This document shows positions 1 through 14,214 of a stretch of DNA of 64,000 nt, piece by piece (the first letter of the stretch is position 1; every line of letters begins with the position of its first letter). The notes under the pieces were generated by a model. It was not told where the DNA came from. It saw only the letters and a list, made by a program, of their open reading frames with translations, and did no database searches. The position numbers and the translations under genes were made by a program. This DNA is from the human T2T-CHM13v2.0 reference genome, Homo sapiens: NCBI RefSeq assembly GCF_009914755.1, contig NC_060932.1, one strand, 5' to 3'.

Positions 1-199
1 ACATCAACAGTGTCTGCTGGCCTCAAAACGTCCACATTCTGTTTTTCTTACAATTAAAAAAATCTAATAATGTTCACATATTATTTCCCCACAGTTACAA
101 TTGTACTAGGCTAAGTAGGCATTTGTTGGAACTCTGTTGTCCACATCTTTTCCTCAAGAACAATATCCCCCTTTCAGCTTTACATTTCTTTACACAGCA

Positions 200-690
200 C
201 TCAAGGCACTTCATCATCTGGCTGCAAACTACCTTTCTAGCATCCTTATTAGCTACACTCCTCCACCTACTGTACCTGACATCGTGCCCAACTACTTATA
301 ATTTTTCTAATATTCTCAGAATCATATGTCTGTGTCCATAGTGATCCCTAAATGTGAAATACTATTGAAATCCTTATCTGCCAAGACTCAATTCAATCAT
401 AGAGTCTTTCCCCACTGCCCCTGTCAGAATTAATTATTCATTATATTCCTATTATGACAACTCAATGTACATTCCTCTGTTGAGGGCTTATTGCACTCTA
501 TTGTGACCAGCTTTTATAAAACAAAATAATCTTTCTTTTTATTCTATTGTATGTATTAGGTTTGCTTCTTCCTTCTCAATGAGCTATCAGGTCCCTTTTT
601 ATATCCTTCTCCCTGTAATAGCTAGTATAATATGTTGATGATAAGAAGGACTCAATAAATCGTATATAAAGATGTGTTGAATGAATGAAA
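200..690 (+). mobile_element. Old L2 LINE 3' fragment
   Basis: Degenerate L2 3' region ending in the typical tail ctcaataaat...tgttgaatgaatgaa (~650-690). Boundaries approximate. Confidence 0.55.
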
Positions 691-2473
691 GGCAAATCAC
701 GTTTTCAGTGGGGAAGTGAATAAAAGCTGGTGTCTGTTGCTACATTATACTGTGGCAGACATTCTTGAGTTTTTGTATCTGTCATCAGATAGAGGGCAGT
801 AGTATGAAAGGAATATGACGAAAAGAAACAATGGCAATTGTCACAAAAGCTTCCACTTGCTCAGGTGAACTGGTTTGTACTCAGTGCTAGGAGAAGCCAT
901 TGGAATGATTGAGGCCACCATTATTTTTAATTTGCCAGCTACTCACTGTTTCTCATGAAAGAAAAACTGACATTGTTAGTGATCAGAGAGAATTGGATTT
1001 GGTCACTGAAAGACCATACTTATTAATTAAATGGTAAAAATTTATCCGAATATTTATTAAATATAACAGAAAGAAATACATATGGAGGATAACAACCACC
1101 AAGTGGGGAAGTAGAAGAATAATTTGCAAGCTAAAAACTACAAATGGAAAGTGGGAGAGTAGTTTTCATCAATTTTCCATTTTCTCTTTACAGAGAATCT
1201 AGGCTCTTTGTATTATATCTGAGGGAAGGAAAGCATTTTGAAACACAAGAACTCCTTGATTAAAAGACAAATTGAATTTCACCAAAATTTAGCCAATACT
1301 ATTTTAGAGGTTTATTAGAACAATTACACATGAAAATACCCAATACAAAGCAAGTGCTCAAAATATCTTAGTATTGCTTTTATCTTTTTAAGTTTAGAAA
1401 AATATTTAATCTATTTAATAAAATCTTGTCAACAAAAGATTATTGCTGCTAATATTAAAATGTATCATTTCATTTATCTATAGGTATAGGTGGTTTAACA
1501 CAGATCTAGATCCTCCAATCAAAATTCATATGCTTAATGTAGGTAAAGACATGACAGTTCACATTTACATCATAATTGTCAGTTTGTTACATGCAGTATT
1601 CAGCAGCCTTAGGGAACTAAAAGAAGCTAAATGCATTATCTAAAATGCTAGATGAGAAAAGAGTAGTGATATGACTGGATATGAAAGAACACACCAGGCA
1701 TCTTACTGTGATCATATTGTCAATACCATAAGAAAACAGCCATAAGATACCCAGATTCCAACTTATCTATAAATATAGTTTTAATTCTTATATGGTCTCT
1801 TGGCGACGGAATTCTACTGGTACCAAAGAAACTAGCTCATGAATTTCTCCAACATTCCCCTAAAGTAGGCTATTTATTCATTTCTAAGATTCCTGACAAA
1901 GTTTTTAACAAAAAGGAGAGGATAGAGAAATATTTCTAATTGCAGTGAAGTTGGAATCTGACATGATAGTATGATAACAAAAATTAACATAAAATGTTTT
2001 CTTCAAATAACTTATTAACACAATGACAGTCTATAAAGATATTTTGAATGTAGGATTGTATATAATACTTCTCACTCATAAAAATGAGGCTATGGTTGAT
2101 ATAAAAATTTGGTAAAATAGTCATTCTTACAGTTTGTGATTTACTATATAAGAACTGGTAATACCTCTGCATTAGGTAAATTCATCCACTTAAGGCACTT
2201 AGGACAGAATCTGGAAATGGTAAATACTTCAAAAGTATTAGCTGTTAGCTATTAGCTATGACATTTGCTAACACTTAAAAAGTCCTTCAAGATTCTGTTG
2301 GTTTGTTTTAATTTTATTCTTTATCTGGAATTATAGTAGTAATCTATTCATTCTGTAAATATTCAAGGCAAAAGAAGAATCTAAAGTAAAATGTAAGAAC
2401 CTCTCTTTATCCCTGTTGTCATGTAGGACAATACTGAATTCATAGGTTAATTGAGAAAGAATTAACATCTGTA

Positions 2474-2474
<1 letters not shown>

Positions 2475-2524
<50 letters not shown>
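2475..2524. repeat. (TA)n microsatellite
   Basis: About 24 TA units, read directly. Confidence 0.97.
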
Positions 2525-2529
2525 GTCCA

Positions 2530-4130
2530 TAAGTACTCTTCAGCTGTTTAATTTGTCATGCTGTATTTCTTTGAAATTTTGGCAGCTTTTGCTTTATGAA
2601 TGTCATGCTATACTGTTGAACATTAGGATTCATGGCAGAGCTTTTTGGTGACCTCTGTTACCTTGCTGAATATGTTTTGTTTTGAAGGCAACCCTGTCTG
2701 ACGTTTGTCTCTGTGTTTTCCTGGTGTATTCTTGGCCTTACTTTTCACATTCAATCTTTACTTTGCTTGATTTGGTTGCACCTTACCATACTCTATGCTA
2801 CTTCACTTTGTTGAACTCTAATTTTAATTAAACTATAGATCCATGAGGCTGGGTGCAAATTCTGTTTTTCATCATTGTATCACCTTGCAGTGCTGGGTGC
2901 TCAATTATCACTGTTGAAGATTTTGGAGCTACTTTATTTATATACAGCTCTGTATAAAATACATGGTTGGATTTTTTTAATCAAATCTACTTTTTTTCTA
3001 ATAATCAGTGAACCTCTTCATTTTCATTGATTGATACAATACATATGTACTATGGTCTGTATTTTTCACCTAATTTTATTTTTTCTGTCTTTTTATGGGG
3101 ATCCACTGGGGAGGATTTCCCTTCCATTTGTTAATTTATAGCCTACTTTCAACATTTCAGTGGCTACTTCTGGGGCTTTTAATATTTAGCCTCTTTTATG
3201 GATTTCTTAATATTTGAAACTATGTATTTTTTCTCCACTATGAAAGATAATGAAATTCATACATTTGTATTTCTGGTCACCTCCCCATTCCCTCCTGATT
3301 TTTGTTAACGTATATAAATATTTTACATTTTCAGAGTATATAACCTTTATAGGATATTTTAAATATATAATATACACCGTTGCTTAGTTCTGTATTTAAA
3401 TGAATTCAATGTCTGTTACTGATCCTTTCATGTTACTGCTTCCACTTTTTGGATCTCTGTTGTTCCCAAAAGTTTTCATTATGAAAGCTTTTAAGTCTGT
3501 GGAAAATTAAAAGAGTAGAGCAATGAACAGGCTATGGTCTTCACTTAGAATTATAAATATTATGTTGTCACATTTGCTTTATCCATTTATTTTTTGCTCT
3601 ATTTCTATTTACTAATTTACATATAGACATAATCTATATTTTATTTTACCATCTTTATTTCATCTTTCTTTAAGTGTATTCCCAAGAATAAGTAATCTCC
3701 AACATAGTCACACAGTACTATTATTTATATTAATATTTAATATCCAGTCCATATTTATTTTTCTCTAATTTTTCAAAAATATATTTGAAGTTTTGTTGTT
3801 GTTGTTCCAGGATGCAATTTAGGTTCACACACTGTTAATGTCTCTTGGGTCTCTTTTATTCTACAAAGAACCATAACTTGTTTCAAGATTTTTTAAAGAT
3901 CCAGGCCAGTTGTCAGGTAGAATCTCCCAGTTCCTGGACTTATCCAATTATTTCTTCTGAATGCTATTTAAACTTCTTTTCTATTCCCTGTATTCCAATA
4001 ATTTATTCTAAATGGTTGATTTCATTCAAATTAAACATGTTACAAGACTATTTCATAAGTGGTTTTGTAGTCTTTATTTTATATCACAAGAGGCAATGTA
4101 ATGTCACTTGCCCACTCTTTAAATGTATCC
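2530..4130 (-). mobile_element. Highly decayed old L1M (L1ME/MC-like) fragments
   Basis: T-rich plus strand with scattered antisense L1 ORF2 and 3'UTR-like motifs. Boundaries and subfamily uncertain. Confidence 0.4.
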
Positions 4131-4134
4131 CATC

Positions 4135-4441
4135 AACCTAAGCAACCTTATATTTTTCCCCTCATCTTCCCTTAACTATTCTCCTCTTTCCCCCATAGAA
4201 GCTCAAAACTCTTTTTACTTTGGCCTAAGACAAAACATAAGCTCTCAAATTCTGGCCAGCTACTTCAGTGTCATTTCTTTGTGAATTCCCATGCACATGT
4301 ACATAATTAAATTTGTAGAGTTTTATCCATTTAATATGTCTTTTATCATTATCTATTTAATATGTCTCTTACCAGTTTAATTCATAGGCCTCAGCCATAG
4401 AACGTAGGAGGGTACAGGGAAAAACTTTTTCCTTCCCTACA
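4135..4441 (+). mobile_element. ERV1 LTR 3' fragment, MER34/MER39-like
   Basis: Ends in ...ggagggtacagggaaaaactttttccttccctaca, resembling the MER34/39 3' terminus (recall). Confidence 0.5.
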
Positions 4442-4627
4442 GGGGTCAGGGCAACATAAGTATTAAGGTCATATGGCTTGCTGGCCTGTAAATAACTTGT
4501 AAATAATTAAGTTCTTTGTCTCTGAACCATTAATCTTACGTCTCCTACCATCCATAAAACTATGACAAAATGATCAACCTGTTATCTTCCAAGAAGGGTG
4601 AAATATCAGACCCCTAATAATTTGACT
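4442..4627 (+). mobile_element. LTR 3' fragment, MER21-like
   Basis: ccatccataaaactatgac...gggtgaaatatcagacccct...ttgac resembles the MER21 3' end (recall). Confidence 0.45.
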
Positions 4628-4780
4628 TTTAATCAATTACTTTTATCTTTTTGTTCTCTCCCATTTATTTTTTAAAGATTGTTTTCCATGAGCCATAATT
4701 TTGCCCACCCCACCCCAACCAGGTTACTTAATTTCTGGGCTTCATTTTTCTCCTCTGTATGATGACAATAATAATAGTAT

Positions 4781-5506
4781 TGAAACTGCCCTTGCAAATA
4801 TTATAACAATGAGAAAATTATCACAATGAAAGAGATGTGACCTAACCAACTCTATCTTATCTTTAACCTCCAAGCCTGGTCATTCTTGGTTTTTCACCAA
4901 ACTCATTTTGGGAGGAATTTAGTTTGTAGTTTAACAGTGAAACAAAGATAGTAACAGCCCCTCCCCACCACAAACCCCTCTTTGCTTAGAAACCCGACCA
5001 CCTTTGGAAAAACAACAAATTTAGCCACAAGATTAGAAATTATGTCTCAAGAGTCATGCAGCCAGAGGGCACCAGATTTCTTACCTCCCCAATTGCTCCT
5101 ACAGATAACATCACTATTGTAAAGCTTAAGGTTGGTATTTGAGGTATTTTTTGGACCCTGCATTCTGATGGATCAGCTGGCACCACCCAGAACAGTAAAC
5201 TGGCTCATCTGGTCTTGTGGCTCCCACTCAGGAACCAGCTCAGCACAAGAGGACAGCTCCAACTTCCTGTGATCCCATCCCCAACCCAACCAATCAACAT
5301 CCCTCATTCCATAGCCCCCTGCTCCCCAATCTATCTTTTAAAAAAATCTAACATCTGAATTTTCAGGGAGGTTTATTTGAGTAACCATAAAACTATGGTC
5401 TCTAATTTAGCTGACTCAATAATTGAACTGTTTATTGTAATTCTCCTGTTTTGGTAAATTGGCTTCATGTTGGCAGCAGGCAAGAAGAACCCTTTCGGTG
5501 GTTACA
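4781..5506 (+). mobile_element. 5' LTR of an ERV1 provirus (LTR8 family)
   Basis: TG...CA termini (tgaaactgcccttgcaaatattataac ... ggtggttaca), ~726 bp, LTR8-like body. A homologous copy starts at 12472. Inserted next to a MIR core fragment (~4720-4780). Confidence 0.85.
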
Positions 5507-5510
5507 AGTT

Positions 5511-5530
5511 TGGGGGCTAATCACTGGGAT
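5511..5530 (+). promoter_or_regulatory. Degenerate tRNA-Pro primer binding site
   Basis: tgggggctaatcactgggat lies 4 nt after the LTR end; canonical PBS-Pro is TGGGGGCTCGTCCGGGAT. Confidence 0.7.
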
Positions 5531-6347
5531 AGCCCTTGAAGGTACCTGCCCATGGTTCAGCAGCTCCTTACCAGTGACAGATCCAGAGGCCAGCTCAAGC
5601 AGCCACATAGTTCTCTTGGAATAAGTACTCCCCTGGTGCCAACTCTACCAGCAGAGTGCTATCCACCCATAGTGCATGGATCTAATTGTAATGGAGAAAT
5701 ATTTCCTCAAAGACATCTTGTAACCTGATTTGGTGAGTATACCAGGTGCTGCCAACACCCTCTTCCTTCCCTGAGTCTATTGATATCTCTAGAGGCACTG
5801 TATGTAGCCCCATTATAGGGACTGTCTGGCTCTGTGGCCCTCTTATGGGGACTGTTCATCTCTCCCTTGATTGTAGGAAGAGTCTCATTTTGGGAAGATT
5901 TCTCCCCAAAGAAACAGAGAATAGGGGACCTGTTTGGAAGCATATTCTTCTGGTTTGTCATCTGGTCTGGAATCCTGGTTTGGAAGGCCTTCTGTTCATA
6001 TTTACTTCATTGTGTGCATTTGTATATGTAGAGAAGATCTCTGACGGAATTGCTGCCAGAAATCCATCAGGCTCTCCTAATTTGTCTGGCCAGTCATATT
6101 TGGTGAGAGCTGAAGGAACCGTTAGCTGGAGCTCAACAGGTCTCATAAGGATAACTCTCTGCCCTTCCATCTTGCCCAGAGACTACCCACTGAAACTCCT
6201 GGTCAGAGGTCATCTCTGCCTACCTTAAGTGGATCAAATATAACAGAGACCAACGAAGACAAGTTTGAGCCTTGCAGATTGATATTTGGGCACTGAGTAG
6301 GGTGATTAGTGTCTGTGTTTTGTCACGTGTATTTTGCTCCAGCCAAA

Positions 6348-6473
6348 ATAGGAAAAGTTAATTCAGCTCCCCCACATAGCCCATTGGGTGGCATCTTGTA
6401 AAATTGAAAGGCTTTTGCCTATGGTTCCATAAAACAGAAAAGAATGATTTTCTTTTGTAATGTGGTTTGGCCC
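6348..6473 (+). pseudogene. gag: Gag matrix (MA) N-terminal relic
   Basis: Hand translation gives IGKVNSAPPHSPLGGIL*N*KAFAYGSIKQKRMIFFCNVVWP, matching the class I ERV MA pattern SPLGCIL.NW..F....LKKK.LIFFCN..WP. Start ATG has become ATA, two stops, and THE1 interrupts it. Confidence 0.7.
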
Positions 6474-6475
6474 CT

Positions 6476-6828
6476 TGATATGGTTTGGCTGTGTTCCCAC
6501 CCAAATCTCAACTTGAATTATATCTCCAGAATTCCCACATATTGTGGGAGGGACCCAGAGGAAGATAATTGAATCATGGGGGCTGGTCTTTCCCATGCTA
6601 TTCTCATGATAGTGAATAAGTCTCACGAGATCTGATGGGTTTATCAGGGGTTTCTGCTTTTGCTTATTCCTCATTTTCTCTTGCTGCCACCATGTAAGAA
6701 GTGCCTTTTGCCTCCCACCGTGATTCTGAGACCTCCCCAGGAATGTGGAACTGTAAGTCCAATTAAACCTCTCTTTCTTCCCAGTCTCACATATGTCTTT
6801 ATCGGCAGTGTGAAAACGGACTAATACA
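6476..6828 (+). mobile_element. THE1 (A/B-like) MaLR solo LTR nested in the ERV1
   Basis: tgatatggtttggctgtg...ggactaataca with a perfect 5 bp TSD CCCCT (6471-6475 and 6829-6833). Confidence 0.95.
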
Positions 6829-7356
6829 CCCCTCTAGCTATGGTGCAGCATGCAGGGTCCTCAAAAGCCACTCCATTCTTCTGGAAGCTTCAGAGAAAGA
6901 ATATCTTCAGGCTTCTGGTCTCTCTCTCTGTACAAACCAGTTGAATGAATGGTAAAAGTCACTGTTTGTCCCTTCTACAACGTTTTGATTAATAGGAAAA
7001 AGGATTTGTATGAGTCATCTTTTTGTCTTTCTGCGTCATTCTGTACCACAAGATAGAACACAGGCCTATAACCCTTATAAGTCTGCTGTTTCAGCCAGCC
7101 CTAAAGACTGCTCAGCTACAAACTTTGCTGAGGTCGCTGAAACAAAAACCAAATGAGGTTTCTCTTTCATGTTGTGTCTTAAAAACTTGACTTTATGACC
7201 GTGTGGGGGTACTCTCTCTTGCTCTACACAATCCAGAGGGTGGGAATTTGGGGGTTCATGTCATGGTTAGCTTTAAGATTTCTCTTGAGCAGTTAAAATC
7301 CTTTGCAAGCTCAAAATCACCACCACAGACTCCTTCTGGGAAAAGACAATTGCCCC

Positions 7357-7428
7357 ATGCTGTAGCTCAGTAGCTAAGGCTTTGCCTTTTCACAGTGGTG
7401 GCCTGGGTTCAATTCCAAGTTTAGGAGG
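7357..7428 (+). pseudogene. tRNA-Glu(TTC)-like relic inside the ERV internal region
   Basis: A-box-like tagctcagtag (7363-7373), anticodon-loop-like ttttcac (7387-7393) and B-box-like ggttcaattcc (7406-7416) at tRNA spacing. It aligns to tRNA-Glu-TTC with CpG decay; stems are degraded. Confidence 0.55.
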
Positions 7429-9803
7429 TGGGTCACTTCTGATTTAATATCTGTAGGACTTTTTCCATTTATTAATTATTTTTCCCTTCATGGACAGCTT
7501 CTTGATTTCCTATCTTGAATTTTCTTTTTTCTGAGTGACCATTGGGGTGATTCTATATCTTGTAAAAACCACTTACTATCTCTTTGAAAACACCTCATGC
7601 ATCCATGGTTAAGTCATAGCCTTAGTTGAGGATTATTGATTTCACCTGGGAGGTTACCTTTAGTAAAAAATTCAAAAGCCAGAAATATTGGCTGTTTGTC
7701 TCAGCTAAAATCTGGTAATAAAAAAATAAAATTGATTTTTTAAGAGCTCTAATAAAAAATTTACTTAATTAAGGCTGATATTTGGACTATATGTATACAG
7801 ATATTGTTTTAAAGCCCCTGCTCTCCCTCTGTAAAAGACATTTTAGTCAACAGAATTCTGTCTGATTCTCCTCTTACCCTTGTCTATTCCTACTTCCTCT
7901 TGTATCTAAACTTTTTTACTTTTGGGGGGCCAGAAATTACTTTGCATTATAAGAAAATTTTAACCTTGATGTATAATAGCTAGATAAGAGATAAATTTTT
8001 AAGTAGTTGATGGCAGTTGCTTACTGTGAATAATTATTACTACAGAATAATATTCCTTTCTTTGTGTGTTTAAATAAAAATAGTGTGCTCTTAGACACCT
8101 AAAATATATGGAACGGATGACTAAATATGGAATGGGCTGACTGGCTTGGGTTGCCCACCAGCCTCAGGGGGATGTCCTTGCAGGGAACTGCACAATAAAA
8201 CTGTGACACTGTCTGGTCCTATAGTGTTCCCTTCTTTTGGGGGATCCAGGTTTCAGTGAAAAAATGGGATGCTTGATTTGGGGGGATCTGTTATCTCTTC
8301 TTGTTGTGCCCACCAATTAGGCCCTAAAAACTGCATGCTTTATTTCCCCTGTTTCTTAAAAGGCTCTACCCTAAAGCCAGTAGTCCAATTAATTTACAAC
8401 TTTAAAGAACTCTCCATATGTAAGAGTGTCTTATTTTTCTGCCTATCTTAACTCAACTTTTACTTACACAATTTTTCTTCAGTTTGAGTTAAGTATGAAT
8501 TATCTATCTTGTTTCATCAAGAATTACTCCTTTAGAAATGCAAATTTTGAGTTGTCTAGCTGACAATTGTTTAGAGCAGGGAACAAGTAATCAAGAGACT
8601 AATGGTCTAAAATGGGGAAGAGAAACTTAAAGGCTGACAAATGAAAAATCTTCTATCTCTACGTTTTCTGTTTTGTGTGTGTGATGTTTCACTACCAAAT
8701 TATATAAAGGAACTCTTATTAGTTGGCCTAAAGATAAATAAGTGCTTAAATCAAATATTTTGTCAGAAAAATAGAAAATTTAATACCTTTTAATTCATGT
8801 GACCCTAATAATCTTTGGTAAATAAAAATTATTTTAATATTATTAATAAAATAACAGTCTTCAAAATTTAGACATTAGGTCTGAATTAGGCAAGGCAGAT
8901 ACTGCCTTGCTAGATGCTTTAAGGTTATAAACTGCTGCTATGACATTTTATTATTGTTCAACTTGCCTGCTTTACAGCCATTGGATTCTAGGTAAGGCCT
9001 GGGGACATACCTAGCTATGCTGGAAAGAATCAGACATTCATTTACAGTTCTGTCTCATGTCCTAGGCTCTGCACCTGGTACATAATTAAAATTGCTTACA
9101 CTAAAAATAAAAGTTATGTGTTTTTGATAATGACATAGAAATGTAATTTTTATAAGATAACTTTCTCCAGTTTAGAGAGCTTAAAAATTGTTTTAAGTCA
9201 AAAAAATTAAAGATTTAAGCAAGCTATAGAAAATTTGTGAAATATTTACCTTATTTTAAAAATACTGTGTGTGAGCAAGTGGGCTATAATTAAAAGGGTA
9301 TTATTTAGTTTTTCCATCAATTGAACATTAAAATAAAAGCACACTGATTCAGAGCCAGAATCTAAGCCCGAGTGTTGAATAAACAGGGTTTTCTTGGAAT
9401 ATTGATCTGTTCTTTATCAGAAAATTATAAAGGGTTATGAAAGTTTTATGAAAACCTTACCTATGGTCCAACAATTAAGATTAGATAGATTTGCTTATAT
9501 AGTTTTATTAAGAATTGGGTTTAACACTAATATAATTGTACACTAATGCAAAGGTGAAATTGGGCTCCTTTTGAACAAGATTTTCATGTAATATTGAGAG
9601 ATAATAAATTTTGTTTGCTTTTTGAATAAACTACAAGGGAGAGAGAAGAGACAGGTTAAGTTGGCCCCATGCCCTCTTTATTGAGTCTTGTTTGTAAAAC
9701 TGAGTCTCCCCTCTACCAATTAATAAAGTTTTTGCCTTTTTTGAAATGTTTAAGTTATCATTTTGGCAAAATAAGTGACTTATGATGGTGGGATTCCATT
9801 TTG

Positions 9804-9847
9804 TGACATCAAGTGTTTTAAAACTTTGACATCAAGTGTTTTAAAAC
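9804..9847. repeat. Short tandem duplication (23 bp period)
   Basis: tgacatcaagtgttttaaaac occurs at 9804-9824 and 9827-9847. Confidence 0.9.
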
Positions 9848-11057
9848 AAGCTTTCCAAAATCAGATTTTTAATTGTCTTTTTTTTGCTTCAATAATCTTT
9901 TAAGTATTAGGGTCTCTGAAGTCCAAGAGACATACTCAGTTTATTTAAAATTATATAGGAAGTATTCTGAAATGTAAAATCGTGTTTTACTTTCTTTGGG
10001 TTATATTCATATAAATGTGTTAATTTCATATTTTCTAAAATTGTATAATATTCCTATTAGTCTGATATGTCTCAGTATATGTTATCAGTAGTAATTATGA
10101 TTGTTATCTTAAATTGTCGTGTGCCACAGAGATGACAAGATTTCCTTGTTGGTTGCATCTTTAACCATGGATAGATGACCTAAGATTTTGTCATCCACAA
10201 ATAATTACTGTCTTATTTTGATCTTTTTCAAAAGGTAGTTTATAATCAGCTATAAGACTATGAAGAGTGCTCTTGAATACTGGTCTCAGACAACTTTGCA
10301 AATTATGCCTTTATAATAGAGAGAAAAGAAAATATTCGAAGATTCTCATGGAGAGCTCATGTGTTCATGAGGACTGTTGGTTCAGTATCAGGCAGAACAG
10401 GACATAATTACAGGGACTGAACTAATAAATACCAAAATAATCTTTTCATGATTTTTGTTTAAAATGTTGCTAATTCTTTTATTGTTTGTAGTCCAGAAAA
10501 ACCTATTTTTCTTCTAATCTATTTACAGTTTTTAGCTATTGGGTAAACTATACTCCTATGAGCAAAATCTGGAGCACATTTCTTTCTTTTTACCTGATTT
10601 CTTCAGAATTTAGAAACTATGAATATTCTTAACTATGGCAATATAGTTATTTGCACACATACAATAAATATCTGGGTTTTTATGTAACAGGACACATTTG
10701 AAAACACTGATTATTTTACCAAGGCTTTGACTAGAATGGTATGCCTCCAAATATAAACAGACTTCTTTAAGAAATCCATGTTGACTTACAGAGCTGATAA
10801 AAGCTCCTTGGGAAAACGGCCTCATACTTGGTCTACATAGTCCCTGTACAGGCTTCCTGACTTAACTTTGGTTAGTAAAGAATGTCACTTTCTCACAGGT
10901 CCAGGGGCCCCAAGTTATCTTGGGACCTGGAGAGGAGAGGAATTCATTCAATTCCTACAAGTATTTGCAGGCACAAATAAATCCATTGCTGGAACAAGGC
11001 TCTAAAAAGTCTACGCTGAGGTTCCTTATGAAAAAACATTCCAGAAAAGCCAATTTA

Positions 11058-11373
<316 letters not shown>

Positions 11374-12092
11374 GCCTGTGTGGCAAATAATTATTCTTGC
11401 TGTACTTTATGCAGACAATCAGGCCAAGTATAATAAGACTAAAGCTTATTTCACAAATAACTTTGTCCTACTATGATTTGTCTATAATAAAAATGAAGAC
11501 TGGAGAGAGAAAAATTATTGCTACAAAAAATAACTAGAGTATACCTGTTGATAGATTCTAGTCTTCTCTATTGTTTTTGAGTTTTTATTATTTTCTGCAA
11601 TTTGGACTGAATCCTGAATTTTTTCTGGGCTACAAGTCCTCAAATTAATATTTTCAAATTTTTCTTCCATTTTTCTGACTTGGACTAAATAAAATGGCTA
11701 CTAACTTCTTCCTGAAGCCCTGCAAACTTGCTTGTGGTGCAGGCAAAAAAAATTTGTCAGACTGCTACTTCCATCCTCCTCTATAACTAAATATCCGTTG
11801 AGTCTAACATCTGGATAAATTGTACCCAACATTAACCTTTATTTTTTTCTGTTTCCATGGAAATGCCTCTTATTAAAAATCCATTTGCTTTCATCACATA
11901 TAAAGGCCTAGCTCATCTGCAGTGCCACCTCCTGAAATGGGAAACAGCTGTTTAACTGCACTGAACTATTCTCAGGACTAGGAAACTGACTCAAAGGATA
12001 TGGGATGGTATACTTGATTTTGTTCTTTCTTGTTTATCCCAATTTGTCTTTCTAACAACCTCTGACCCAAATCTCTCTCACCCAGTGACCAC

Positions 12093-12407
12093 ATGGCTGA
12101 TTGGTTCTCAGGGCTATTCACCTGGCTCCCTCAGGGCTTCAGATTAATTCTGCAAAGACTTCTTGAAGCTAGGATTTGTACTCCGTATATTAAGACTCAT
12201 TATCCTATAGTCTGCTGCTCACGTAAATGCTTTACTAAAACTGTGGATGAGAGTACTAATGTCTTTGTCATGCAAGCCTTGGAACCCCAACCAGGCACCT
12301 ATAAATACATGCAGGCAGCTGAAAGGCAGTTTTACTCCTCTTGTTCTGGGGCCAAATCCTATCCCACTACACCCTGTCAGCAGGAAGAAGTTAGAGTAGT
12401 TGTTTGA
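12093..12407 (+). pseudogene. env: Env TM membrane-proximal/cytoplasmic relic
   Basis: ORF begins DWFSGLFTWLP (TM membrane-proximal type motif), ends in the cagcaggaag-type ERV1 3' motif, and sits just before the PPT and 3' LTR. Confidence 0.45.
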
Positions 12408-12471
12408 CTTTTCCCATCTCTGTTGCTCACACCTTAAAAATAAGGTGTGTTGAAACCCCCAAAATGGGGAC

Positions 12472-12734
12472 TGAAACTGTATTTGCAAATATTTTAAGAA
12501 TTAGGAAAAGATCTGACTTCACCAACTTCATCTTGCCATTAATATTCAAGCTGCCCTTAGTCATTGCTGGACATGAGTCAAACTAACCTTGGGAATAATT
12601 TAGTTTATAATTTAACTAAGATAGCAAAGATAACAGCCCCTCCCCAAAACAAACTCCCTCTTTGCTGGGGACCAGACCACCTTCGTAAAAATAAAAAATC
12701 AGCCATAAGATTAGAAATTATGGCTCAAGAGGTC
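12472..12734 (+). mobile_element. Truncated 3' LTR (LTR8 family)
   Basis: tgaaactgtatttgcaaata...gattagaaattatggctcaagag is homologous to 4781-5055 and stops abruptly at the L1. Confidence 0.85.
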
Positions 12735-14158
12735 AAACCAAATTACAATAGCTATAAAATAAAATACACAAATAAAGTTAACCAAAGAGGTGAAAGACCT
12801 CTACAAGGCAAACTGCAAAAGACTGATGAAAAATATGAAGATGATACAAACAAATGGAAAGACATCCCATGCTCATGAATCTGAAGGATTAATACTTTTT
12901 AAATGACGTATCACTCAAAGAAATCTACAGACTCTATGTGGTCTCTATTAAAATATTAATGACATTCTTCACATAAAGAGACAAACAAAACACTAAAATT
13001 CATATGGAACCACAAAAGACCCCTCATAGTCAAGGCAATCCTAAGCCAAAAGAACAAACCTGGAGACATTACACTACCAGACTTCAAAATAGACAACAAA
13101 GCTGTAGGAACCGAAACAGCATAGTAGAGACATAAAAACAAACACATAGACCAAATCCAACAGAATAGAAAACTCAGAAATTAGTCTACACATTATGGCC
13201 AACTGATTTTTGAAAAAGGTACCAAAAACACTCATCAGGGAAAGAACAGTCTCTTCACTAAATGGTGTAGGGAAAACTACATACATGTGCAAAATATTAA
13301 AACTAGATCCTCACCTCTTAACCTTTGCAAAAGTCAACTCAAAATGGATCAAAGACTTCAGTGTAAGACCCAAAACTATAAAACTACTAGAAGGAAACAT
13401 AGGGAAAATGCTTTAGGACACTGGCCTGGGAAAAGATTTTATGAATAAGACCTCAAAAGCACAGGCAACAAAAGCAACAATAAATAAATAAAATTATATC
13501 AAACAGAAAACCTCTGCACAGCAAAGGAAACAATCCACAGAGTCAAAAAGCAACCTACAGAATGGGAGAATTTGAAAACTATTCATCCAACAAAAGATTA
13601 ATACCCAGAATATATAAACATTTAAACATCTCAACAGCAAAAAACAACCCAATTTAAAAATGGGCAGATAATATGAATTGACATTTGTCAAAAGAAGACA
13701 TGCAAACAGCTAACAAATATATACAAATTGCATCTCTAATCATCTGGGAAATGCAAATAAAAACTATAGTGAAGCACTATCTCACCACAGTTAGGATGAC
13801 TATTATCAAAAAGACAAAAAATAACAAATGCTGGCAAGCATGCAGTGAAAAGGGAACACTTTTACACTCTTTGTGAAAATTTAAACTAGTATAACCACTG
13901 TGGAGAACTATATGATGGCTCCTAAAACAAAAATGACAACTAGAACTACCATGGGATTTAGCAGTCCCACTACTGTGCATTTATCCAGAGGAGAGGAAAT
14001 CAGTATATTGAAGAGACACCTGCACCTCCGTGTTTATTGCTACAGTATTCACCATAGCCAAGATATGGAATCAATCTAGATGTCTAACAACAGATGAATG
14101 GAAAAGGAAATTTTATATATATATATATTTTATATATATATATTTTATATATATTTAA

Positions 14159-14214
<56 letters not shown>

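Noticed and set aside
5746-6228. 160 aa ORF in the ERV leader
   Set aside because: It lies between the PBS and the gag start, has a GTG start and no recognisable homology. Probably chance.
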